DNA of 38,512 bases. It comes from Victivallales bacterium Lenti_02 (GTDB taxonomy: Bacteria; Verrucomicrobiota; Lentisphaeria; Oligosphaerales; Lenti-02). The notes below the pieces were generated by a model. The model was not told where the DNA came from, searched no databases, and was given only the letters and a program-made list of their open reading frames with translations. Both the position numbers and the translations under genes were made by a program. The number at the start of each line of letters is the position of its first letter. The first letter of the stretch is position 1. Of the stretch, positions 23,526-30,967 are shown one piece after another. The stretch is from positions 1-38,512 of the forward strand of contig LVAZ01000131.1 in assembly GCA_001603055.1 (NCBI GenBank), read 5' to 3'.

Positions 23526-25597
23526 CGCGGCCGGAAATCCGCCGTCGTGGCCAGATGCCAGGTCTCGCCGCCGTCGGCGCTGACCAAAATGCCGGGCTCG
23601 CCGCCGGGAACCGAATAGAAGGCGTACTTCCGCCCCGCCGTGCGGTAGGTGCCCAGCGGGAACTTGGGTTCCGCCTCATGTCCCAGCATCGCCGCCGCCA
23701 GGTCGGGACGCTGGTAGACAAACGCCTCCAGTTCGTCCCGGAACAGGCACATCTGGCCGGCCTGGGCAACGTAGAACAGGAACAGCCGCCCCGTCCCCGG
23801 CTCGATGCTGAGCTTGTGGTACCACACGTGGTAGTATGGTTTGAAAGGCATGACCAGATGCCGCTGCTCCCACGCCTGCCCCGGACGTTTGCGGTGCAGG
23901 GTCAGGCGGAAGTAGTAGCCCGGATCGGAACAGCGGGTCACGCTGTACAGGGTGTCGTCCGGCCCCGTGACCAGCCCCGCGTAGCTGGTGCCGGCGGACT
24001 CCTGGACCGGCTCGCTCCACTGGTCCATGCGCCCCGGTTCGAGACCATGCGTATAACGGAACGGATCGTGGTGGCCGTTGACGATGGCGTGAAGCACGCC
24101 CCTGCTGTCCACCGCGAGAGTCGGCCAGTTGTGGTTGTCCAGCGCGTTCCTCCCGCCGAAACCCAGAAACACCGGCTCGGAAAGCGCACGGGTGATGCGG
24201 TCGTAGCGGACGATGTAGTTGGGCACCCCGTCCTCCTTGGCGTTCCCCGGCAGCACCGCCAGACGACCGTAGGCCACGTAGACGCTGTCGCCCACGCTCA
24301 GGGCCTGGTTGGCCTCGCCGGAATGGGGCATGAAGCCAATGGTGTCATCCCCGCCGATCTGCACCATGTCGGGAAGGTTCAGCGAACCGTCCGCCTGTTT
24401 TTCCGGCAGCAGCAGATAGGACTCGTTCGGCGCGTGGTAGCGGGTGAGAAGCAGCACTGGCGGGCGCTGCAAAGCGTCGGCATTGTGCCCCACCAGCTTC
24501 TCGAAGCGGGCCATGTAGTAGGGCAGACGATGCACGTCCCAGTTCTTGCCCCCGTCTCTTCCGTGCAGCAAGAGCCCGGTCCGGCTCCGCCAGTCCCCGT
24601 CCGGATTGAACAGGGCGACCAGCACGTACATGTCCCCTGCCGCGTCGAAGCGGACGGTTCCCTCGTTCATCTGGCCCTTGTTCCAGATGCGCAGGCGCGG
24701 CCAGCCCAGTTCCCGGCGGACGTACTCCGCGACCAGCGGCAGCAAGTCCGTGGTCCGCCATTGTCCCGCCGCATCGCAGGTTTGCAGCATGTGCCCCGCC
24801 GCCAGAATCCAGGGGCGTCCCTGCGGATCGAAACTGACCGGTCCCGGCATGAAACGCGGGAAATAGCGGCGGCTCGCCCGTTCCGTCAGAAAATAGGGCT
24901 CGTACGTCAAAGGCAGTTCGAGGGGGCCTGAAACATCGACTTCCGGGCCGGCGTGGTTGAGCCAATGCCCGTCGAAGGCGGGACCGGTGCCCGACACCTC
25001 GATTCCCGCCACCAGCGGCGGCACGGGCAACCGGTCCAACTCACGCGGTTCCGCTCCGGCACCAAGCCGGAAGTCGCCTAGAATCAGTTCCGTTTCCGGA
25101 TGGGGCTGCCAGTGGTAGACCTTCGTGAACACATACAACCCCGAGGCCTGATCCCAGCCCAGCGGTTCGCCGAGCGTCGAGAACTCCGCCAGCGGCAAGG
25201 CCAGCTCCTTCCAGCCAACCCAGTCCACCCGCAGCGCCGCCACCCGGAAATCCCGCCCGTGGGTGGCCGGATTGTCGCAGAGCACGCCCACCAGCAGCCG
25301 CTGGTTGGTCGCCTTGGCCGAATGCACCTTCCAGACCAGATGCTCGGCCCCCGACCAATCCGCCGCCACCGCCGTCGTCGTGTGGATGGCCGGAAACCGC
25401 GGATGGTTTTTCCAGCGCACCCCCTGCCCCGCCACGGTCTCCGCCCCGTTCGCCAACTCCGCGAAGGGAACCTCCCGGCGCGTGGACCACAAGTCCTCCT
25501 CGGCAAACAGCCCCGTCAAATCCGCCGCCGTCCGCCACTCCGCCGCCTCAACCACCATGCCGACAGCCAAGATCAAAGATGCCAAACGGATGAACAT
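23522..25597 (-). CDS. secreted BNR/sialidase-like beta-propeller protein (BNR_4-like) with an N-terminal accessory domain
   Basis: I placed the start at ATG 25597, giving the signal peptide 'MFIRLASLILAVGMVVEAAEW'. A BNR motif 'SADGGETW' is present. 'NHNWPTLAVDSRGVLHAIVNGHH' resembles BNR_4 family blocks. Confidence 0.65.
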   Translation of the reverse strand: MFIRLASLILAVGMVVEAAEWRTAADLTGLFAEEDLWSTRREVPFAELANGAETVAGQGVRWKNHPRFPAIHTTTAVAADWSGAEHLVWKVHSAKATNQRLLVGVLCDNPATHGRDFRVAALRVDWVGWKELALPLAEFSTLGEPLGWDQASGLYVFTKVYHWQPHPETELILGDFRLGAGAEPRELDRLPVPPLVAGIEVSGTGPAFDGHWLNHAGPEVDVSGPLELPLTYEPYFLTERASRRYFPRFMPGPVSFDPQGRPWILAAGHMLQTCDAAGQWRTTDLLPLVAEYVRRELGWPRLRIWNKGQMNEGTVRFDAAGDMYVLVALFNPDGDWRSRTGLLLHGRDGGKNWDVHRLPYYMARFEKLVGHNADALQRPPVLLLTRYHAPNESYLLLPEKQADGSLNLPDMVQIGGDDTIGFMPHSGEANQALSVGDSVYVAYGRLAVLPGNAKEDGVPNYIVRYDRITRALSEPVFLGFGGRNALDNHNWPTLAVDSRGVLHAIVNGHHDPFRYTHGLEPGRMDQWSEPVQESAGTSYAGLVTGPDDTLYSVTRCSDPGYYFRLTLHRKRPGQAWEQRHLVMPFKPYYHVWYHKLSIEPGTGRLFLFYVAQAGQMCLFRDELEAFVYQRPDLAAAMLGHEAEPKFPLGTYRTAGRKYAFYSVPGGEPGILVSADGGETWHLATTADFRPR

Positions 25598-25606
25598 GTG
25601 CAAGGG

Positions 25607-25638
25607 TCTTTCGGTTGTTCCCCTCTTCGCTATAGTAG
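25607..25638 (+). promoter_or_regulatory. conserved upstream motif, copy 1 (contains the -10-like TATAGT)
   Basis: TCTTTCGGTTGTTCCCCTCTTCGCTATAGTAG aligns with 26835-26866 (about 26 matched positions, three short indels). Its TATAGT ends 73 nt before the downstream start codon. Confidence 0.4.
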
Positions 25639-25708
25639 TTCCAGAGAAACGTCCAGGCCAATGACTCGGCTGGACATAATCCATCCGCCCATCCACGGAG
25701 ACGTCGCG

Positions 25709-26797
25709 ATGCCGAGAACACTACTTGGAGTGTTGGCTATGGTTGGCGCATCGACATTTGCCCAGGAGGCCAGTCCCCGCGCCAAGGTCGGCGCCATCCG
25801 CTGGGATGCCTGGACGGGGGGCGGCGTGACCGAACAGGTGGAGCGGACGCTTGGCCCCGCCAAGTACCACGACCGGCTGCCCTGGTTCGCCGAAGTGGTT
25901 GCCGAACATGCCGTCCGCATCCAGGGCGGACGGCAGGAGATCATGGACCGGGAAATCGACTATGCGGCCCAAGCCGGGCTTGATTATTGGGCGTTCCTGC
26001 TCTACCCGGAGTCCAGCACCATGAGCGAATCGCTCAAGCTGTACCTGGCGAGCGCCCACCGCCAAAAGGTCGAATTCTGCCTGATTCTGCACAACGCCTT
26101 CGGCGTGACGGAGGCGGAATGGCCCAAAGAACGCGACCGCACGGTGGCCTTGCTGCAGGAACCAGGCTACCAGACCGTTCTCGGCGGCCGCCCGCTGGTC
26201 TATGTCTTCTCCCTCCAGTACCAGGGGGCGTTTCCCAACGAACGCTTCGCCGATTTCCGCCGCGCCGCCGGGGCGGCGGGACTCGATCCCTACTGCGTGT
26301 ACATGGGCTGGAACCCGGCAAGTGATTTCCGCAACCATGCCGCCAAAGGTTTCGAAGCGGTTTCCGCCTACGCCCACGGTAGCTCCCACGCCCAGTTTTC
26401 CCAGCTTGTGAAAGCGGTCGAGACCCGCTACTGGCAGGCCGCCGCCGAGGCCGGGGTGCCCTGCATCCCGCTGGTGACCACCGGCTGGGACAAACGTCCA
26501 CGCCAAGAGAATCCCGTATCCTGGGAGAAAGGGCACGGCTATCATCAGCAGGAGGTCTTTCCCTCGGTCGCCACTCCCGAGGAGATCGCGGCCCACCTTG
26601 GGCGCGCCCTTGACTTCGTGCGCCAAAACACCTCCACCTGTCCCGCCAACGCCGTCATCGTCTATGCCTGGAATGAACACGATGAGGGCGGCTGGCTGGT
26701 ACCGACCCGAAACCCGGATGGTTCGCCGGACACCAGCAGGCTGGATGCCGTAGGCAGAATCCTAGCCCCCGGCCGCCAAGCCGAAGACCAGAAATAA
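25709..26797 (+). CDS. secreted hypothetical protein, GH99/WbsX-like glycan-active fold suspected
   Basis: ATG 25709 follows GGAG. The signal peptide is 'MPRTLLGVLAMVGASTFAQEA'. 'GAIRWDAW', 'TTGWDKRPR' and 'YAWNEHDEGGWLVPT' resemble WbsX/GH99-like TIM-barrel proteins. Confidence 0.6.
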   Translation: MPRTLLGVLAMVGASTFAQEASPRAKVGAIRWDAWTGGGVTEQVERTLGPAKYHDRLPWFAEVVAEHAVRIQGGRQEIMDREIDYAAQAGLDYWAFLLYPESSTMSESLKLYLASAHRQKVEFCLILHNAFGVTEAEWPKERDRTVALLQEPGYQTVLGGRPLVYVFSLQYQGAFPNERFADFRRAAGAAGLDPYCVYMGWNPASDFRNHAAKGFEAVSAYAHGSSHAQFSQLVKAVETRYWQAAAEAGVPCIPLVTTGWDKRPRQENPVSWEKGHGYHQQEVFPSVATPEEIAAHLGRALDFVRQNTSTCPANAVIVYAWNEHDEGGWLVPTRNPDGSPDTSRLDAVGRILAPGRQAEDQK

Positions 26798-26834
26798 CAG
26801 CCGTAGGCACCCTCGTTTTTCCCGGCATTCGGGG

Positions 26835-26866
26835 GCGTTTCGTTGTTCCTTTTCGCACTATAGTAG
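26835..26866 (+). promoter_or_regulatory. conserved upstream motif, copy 2
   Basis: The sequence is GCGTTTCGTTGTTCCTTTTCGCACTATAGTAG. Its TATAGT ends 71 nt before the GTG start at 26935. Confidence 0.4.
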
Positions 26867-26934
26867 CCCCGGCTAACCACAAGGCCACCTGATTTGGCCT
26901 GGAATACCCAAGCAGAAACCAGAGGAGAACGATT

Positions 26935-27672
26935 GTGAGAAACGCACTCATCGCGGGATTCGCCCTGCTCTTGACCGGCTGCGCCACAGGCTTCAACCGG
27001 CAGGCCATCGAACAGCGCCTTGCCGATCAGCCCATCGAGGTGACCGACGCGGACATCCGGGCCGTCCTGAACCGGAATGCCCAGCTTCGCTTCCCGATCA
27101 AAGTGGCCGTTCACCTCGTCGCCGAAACCTACCACCCGAGATACGGTGGTGGCCCCGTCCGCCCCGATATGCGATTCGCTCCGGACTGGCGCTGGACCAC
27201 TGCCGACCGGGAGCGCATCGCGCAATGGGCCGAACCCCTCCGCGAGGCCGGAGTCGTCGCGGACCTCTACGTCATGTCGGAGATGGTCAGCGCCAGCGGG
27301 GACCTGAAGAGCATCCGCCTGGCGGCGGCGAAGCACGGCGCCGATGTGGTGCTGCTCGTCAAAGGGGTGTCCCAGCTCGACAGCTATGTGAACGCCGCCT
27401 CGGTCTTCAATCTGCTGATTCTCCCCGGCTACGTGGTTCCCGCCTCGCACCGCGATGCCCTGCTCCTTCTGCGGGGCGGCATGTGGGACGTGGGCAACGA
27501 ATGCCTCTACCTGAGCGTCGATGCCGAGGGCGAGGCCAAAACGACGGGGCCGACCTTCCTCATCAAGGACGAGGACGCGCGGGATGCGGCCAAACTCGCC
27601 GCCCTGGACAGCTTCGGCGCGGAACTCCAGAAACGCCTGCTCGCCCTCAAGGGTGAAACGCCCGGCAAGTAA
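26935..27672 (+). CDS. lipoprotein, function unknown
   Basis: GTG 26935 is 8 nt after GGAG. The lipobox is 'LLLTGC'. No family recognised. Confidence 0.65.
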   Translation: MRNALIAGFALLLTGCATGFNRQAIEQRLADQPIEVTDADIRAVLNRNAQLRFPIKVAVHLVAETYHPRYGGGPVRPDMRFAPDWRWTTADRERIAQWAEPLREAGVVADLYVMSEMVSASGDLKSIRLAAAKHGADVVLLVKGVSQLDSYVNAASVFNLLILPGYVVPASHRDALLLLRGGMWDVGNECLYLSVDAEGEAKTTGPTFLIKDEDARDAAKLAALDSFGAELQKRLLALKGETPGK

Positions 27673-27822
27673 TCGCCGCATCCGGTCGGGACCATCTTGC
27701 ATATCGGGTGGGTGACGGTAGCATAGCGGGTAGATCGCGTCGCCCCTCACGACACGGGAAGCTGGCGGCGCGGCAACCCGGTTTGGTTCCAGACATTCCG
27801 CAAGGGCGGTGGAGAAAACGAC

Positions 27823-28914
27823 ATGAGCAGCAATGCCGACGGTATGAACTATGCGCCGCAGGGGAAGCCCTGCCCCGTGGTCAAGCCCGGGGAATTCGTC
27901 TTTGCCGCGGCCCATCTGGACCACGGCCACATCTACGGCCAGTGCAATGCCCTGCGCGAGGCCGGCGCGGAGTTGCGCTATGTCTTCGACCCCGAACCGG
28001 AGCGGGTGGCCCGATTCCTCAAGACCTATCCCGGCGTCAAGGCCCTGCGCTCGCTGGACGAGGTGCTCGAACAGCCCGAAGTCAGGCTGGTGGCGGCGGC
28101 GGCCATTCCGAACGAGCGCGGCCCGATCGGATGCCGGGTCATGCAGGCCGGCAAGGACTATTTCACCGACAAGACCCCCTTCACCACTCTGGAGCAGTTG
28201 GCCGAGGCCCGGCGGGTGGCGGCGGCGACGGGGCGGAAGTACTTCGTGTACTACAGCGAGCGCCTGCACGTCGAGTGCGCCGAATTCGCCGGCCAGCTCA
28301 TCCGCGACGGGGTCATTGGCCGGGTATTGCAGGTGATCGGCCTCGGCCCCCACCGGCACGGACCGCCCGGCTCGCGGCCTGACTGGTTCTACCGCCGGAA
28401 GCGCTACGGCGGGATTCTCTGCGACATCGGCAGCCACCAGTGCGAGCAGTTCCTCGCCTACACCGGCGCCACCGACGGCGTGGTCACCGACGCCCGCACC
28501 GCCAACTACACCTTTCCCGAACACCCCGAATTCGAGGACTTCGGCGAAGCCAAAATCGAGGGCAACACCGGCGCCTCCTTCTTCTACCGGGTGGACTGGC
28601 TGACCCCCGACGGCCTGCGGACCTGGGGAGACGGCCGAACCTTCATCCTGGGCACCAAGGGAACCATCGAGCTGCGCAAATACCTCGATGTCGGCCGCGA
28701 GGGCGCCGGCAACAATCTGTACCTGGTCACCGAACGCGGCGAACAGCACCTCCAGGTCGCCGGCCAAGTGGGCTATCCGTTCTTCGGGGCGTTCATCCTG
28801 GACTGCCTGAACCGCACGGAACACGCCATGACCCAGGAACATGCCTTCAAGGCTGCCGAACTCTGCCTGCACTGCCAGATGCTGGCCGACCGCCGCCGCG
28901 ACCCCGCCCTCTGA
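27823..28914 (+). CDS. Gfo/Idh/MocA family oxidoreductase
   Basis: 363 aa. It has an N-terminal Rossmann-like segment, and 'GKDYFTDKTP' sits in the position of the family 'EKP' motif. Overall it resembles Gfo/Idh/MocA proteins. Confidence 0.75.
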   Translation: MSSNADGMNYAPQGKPCPVVKPGEFVFAAAHLDHGHIYGQCNALREAGAELRYVFDPEPERVARFLKTYPGVKALRSLDEVLEQPEVRLVAAAAIPNERGPIGCRVMQAGKDYFTDKTPFTTLEQLAEARRVAAATGRKYFVYYSERLHVECAEFAGQLIRDGVIGRVLQVIGLGPHRHGPPGSRPDWFYRRKRYGGILCDIGSHQCEQFLAYTGATDGVVTDARTANYTFPEHPEFEDFGEAKIEGNTGASFFYRVDWLTPDGLRTWGDGRTFILGTKGTIELRKYLDVGREGAGNNLYLVTERGEQHLQVAGQVGYPFFGAFILDCLNRTEHAMTQEHAFKAAELCLHCQMLADRRRDPAL

Positions 28915-28938
28915 GAAGCCACCGGCAAGGAGGTCGAC

Positions 28939-29364
28939 GTGAGCTTCTTCCTCGCTATCAGAGGACCGATTGACAGGTTGCCGCTCGTTGATTGGCTCAG
29001 GGCGTATGATGCCGCCGAATGCCAGCCCTATGTGAAACGGACGCTGAAGCAACTGCTTCCCGGAGACACAGGGTCATGGGTGATTGGGTCCGGGGTCGGG
29101 GACGACTGCCAGAAATTGGTCGATTCAGCTTTCATGGACTTGGTTGGAGGTTTTGCTCCCATCGACACAACTTTGGGGACGCTGGTGGCTAGGGCAACAG
29201 AGTTGAGATCGGAATTGTGTATTTGGTGGGCAACGGATTGCGGCAGTGAGTTAGAGCACGTCATAGTATGTGATGAGCTGGATGACTTCCTAGGGCAACT
29301 CACACGAGGTCTGGTCGGCGGGGAGGAGTTTCGGACCCTGCGTTACATCCATCCCATCCCATAA
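28939..29364 (+). CDS. orphan hypothetical protein (141 aa, acidic) in a compositionally atypical segment
   Basis: GTG 28939 lies 5 nt after a strong AAGGAGG (28927-28933). By eye, the DNA from about 28940 to 29440 is visibly less GC-rich than its surroundings. No family recognised. Confidence 0.55.
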   Translation: MSFFLAIRGPIDRLPLVDWLRAYDAAECQPYVKRTLKQLLPGDTGSWVIGSGVGDDCQKLVDSAFMDLVGGFAPIDTTLGTLVARATELRSELCIWWATDCGSELEHVIVCDELDDFLGQLTRGLVGGEEFRTLRYIHPIP

Positions 29365-29439
29365 AAATCCCGTCCCCGCTCTATGTCCCATGAGAAACCG
29401 CACATGCCGCAGGAAGCCATGTCATCCTGTCATAAAAAG

Positions 29440-29461
29440 GGGACTACTGAGTTTTCCGTGG
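29440..29461. repeat. ISL3 left terminal inverted repeat
   Basis: gggactactgagttttccgtgg compares with the reverse complement of 30751-30772 (gggactactcacttttctgtgg). Confidence 0.8.
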
Positions 29462-29541
29462 GTTGATGTCGGTTTTTCGGGGTAGATTGGTGCCAGTCAG
29501 GAGGGGGGGAGTTCCACCCCGTGATTCCGGAGACCGCCGCC

Positions 29542-30768
29542 ATGGACACGACCGAGTTCTACCGCCAGCTTGTCGGCATCGAAGCCCCGTGGAGAGTGAC
29601 GGATGTCTCCCTGGACCTGGAGGCGGGCGAGGTGACGCTGCTGCTGGAGCACGGAGGCGAGCGGGTGTCGTGCCCGTGCGGGCGCGAATGCGCGGTCCAC
29701 GACCACGCGGAGGAGCGGCGCTGGCGGCATCTGGACACCTGCCAGTTGAAGACCTTCATCCGCTGCCGCCTGCCGCGCACGCGGTGCGAGTCGTGCGGGG
29801 TGAAGACGGCGGAGCCTCCGTGGGCGGTGCCGCACGGTCGCTTCACGCTCCTCTTCGAGGCCTTGGTGATCGAGCTTCTGCTGGCGACCCGGCGGATGAG
29901 CCGGGTGGCGTCGCTGCTGGACATATCGGAGGCGCAGGTGGCGGGCGTGATGCGGCGGGCGGTTGCGCGGGGCATGGAGAGGAGGCGGGAGGAGGACATC
30001 CGGCGCCTGTGCGTCGACGAGAAGTCGATGGCAAAGGGGCATAGCTACCTCACCGTCCTGGGCGACCCGGAGCGCGCGCGGGTGCTCGACGTGTGCGAGA
30101 CACGGTGCCGGGAGCCGGTCGAGCAACTGCTCGCCGCCACTCTCGGCGAAGAGCAGCGGAATGCGGTGGAGTCGTTCACCATGGACATGTGGGAACCGTT
30201 CATGCAGGCCGCCGCCAAACTGCCCAACGCCGACATCGTGCATGACCGCTTCCATGTCTCGATGCACCTCAACGAGGCCGTGGACCGGACCAGAAGGCGC
30301 GAGAACCGCCGCCTGGCGGGACAGGGCGAAGACGACATGAAGGGAAGCAAGTACCTTTTCCTCCGCAACTTCGAAAACGTGAAGCCCGACCGGATCGAGC
30401 ACTTCACGCGGGCCTGCGAGGCATCCCGGGACACCGCCACCGTCTGGCGCTACAAGGAGGTGTTCCGCAGCTTCTTCGACTGCCTCGGCAGGAGGGAGGC
30501 GGGGCTCTTCCTCGGCCACTGGTACCGCAAGGCCGTGGCCGAGGGAGTCCCCGAGCTCACCGCCGTCGCCAAGACCATCCTCTCCCACGCCAAGGGCATA
30601 CTCGCCTACATCAAGCACCGCGTCACCAACGCCGCCGCCGAATCCCTCAACGCCAGAATACAGGCGCTGAAGGCATCCGCGCGCGGGTTCAGGGCCTTCA
30701 AGCACTACCGCAACAACATCCTCTTCCATCTCGGCGACCTCGAACTCATGCCACAGAAAAGTGAGTAG
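29542..30768 (+). CDS. ISL3 family transposase
   Basis: 'LVGIEAPWRVTDV' is followed by the zf-ISL3 Cys pattern 'CPCGREC.VHD...RWRHLD...CRLPRTRCESCGV'. The DDE_Tnp_ISL3 region follows ('VDEKSMAKGHSYLTV', 'MDMWEPF', 'IVHDRFHV'). I preferred ATG 29542; the track start at GTG 29521 is also possible. Confidence 0.92.
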   Translation: MDTTEFYRQLVGIEAPWRVTDVSLDLEAGEVTLLLEHGGERVSCPCGRECAVHDHAEERRWRHLDTCQLKTFIRCRLPRTRCESCGVKTAEPPWAVPHGRFTLLFEALVIELLLATRRMSRVASLLDISEAQVAGVMRRAVARGMERRREEDIRRLCVDEKSMAKGHSYLTVLGDPERARVLDVCETRCREPVEQLLAATLGEEQRNAVESFTMDMWEPFMQAAAKLPNADIVHDRFHVSMHLNEAVDRTRRRENRRLAGQGEDDMKGSKYLFLRNFENVKPDRIEHFTRACEASRDTATVWRYKEVFRSFFDCLGRREAGLFLGHWYRKAVAEGVPELTAVAKTILSHAKGILAYIKHRVTNAAAESLNARIQALKASARGFRAFKHYRNNILFHLGDLELMPQKSE

Positions 30769-30772
30769 TCCC
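30751..30772. repeat. ISL3 right terminal inverted repeat
   Basis: The sequence is ccacagaaaagtgagtagtccc. It contains the transposase TAG stop at 30766-30768. Confidence 0.8.
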
Positions 30773-30779
30773 TGGGGGG

Positions 30780-30814
30780 GAATGCAGAATGAAGAAGTCA
30801 GAATGCAGAATGGC
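30780..30814. repeat. degenerate heptamer array (GAATGCA GAATGAA GAAGTCA GAATGCA GAATGGC)
   Basis: Read directly. It begins 8 nt after the IS right end. Confidence 0.8.
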
Positions 30815-30833
30815 TTCCGGCACGGAATAGCTT

Positions 30834-30869
30834 GTCCATCCAGTCCATGCCGTCCATTCCGTCCATCCA
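30834..30869. repeat. nonamer tandem array (GTCCATCCA GTCCATGCC GTCCATTCC GTCCATCCA)
   Basis: Read directly: four 9-bp units. Its reverse complement carries the ATGGAC core also found in the 10-bp sub-repeats at 10389-10418. Confidence 0.9.
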
Positions 30870-30967
30870 AGCGCCCGGTCGGGTTCGGGAAGGTGGCCGG
30901 CGGTTGACGCGGCAAGCTCAGGGGGTATTGGTAGAACCGGATTCCTTCCGGCATCAGGAGAACTCCC

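Larger units (their letters stand above)
29440..30772 (+). mobile_element. ISL3-family insertion sequence (about 1.33 kb), apparently intact
   Basis: It has 22-bp terminal inverted repeats (19 of 22 positions match) flanking a single full-length ISL3-type transposase ORF. The transposase stop codon lies inside the right IR. No flanking direct repeat is visible. Confidence 0.85.

Noticed and set aside
25598-25696. 33-codon N-terminal extension of the BNR protein (MDGRMDYVQ...)
   Set aside because: The internal ATG at 25597 gives a canonical signal peptide. The extension would run across the shared upstream motif and the divergent promoter region.
26662-29052. 796-aa antisense ORF; similar cases at 8420-10381 (+), 13729-15072 (-), 16577-18151 (-), 21176-22339 (-), 18798-21257 (+) and 29497-31260 (-)
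   Set aside because: Each lies antisense to, or out of frame with, genes that have strong family signatures. None shows a conserved motif, a sensible start context or a signal peptide.
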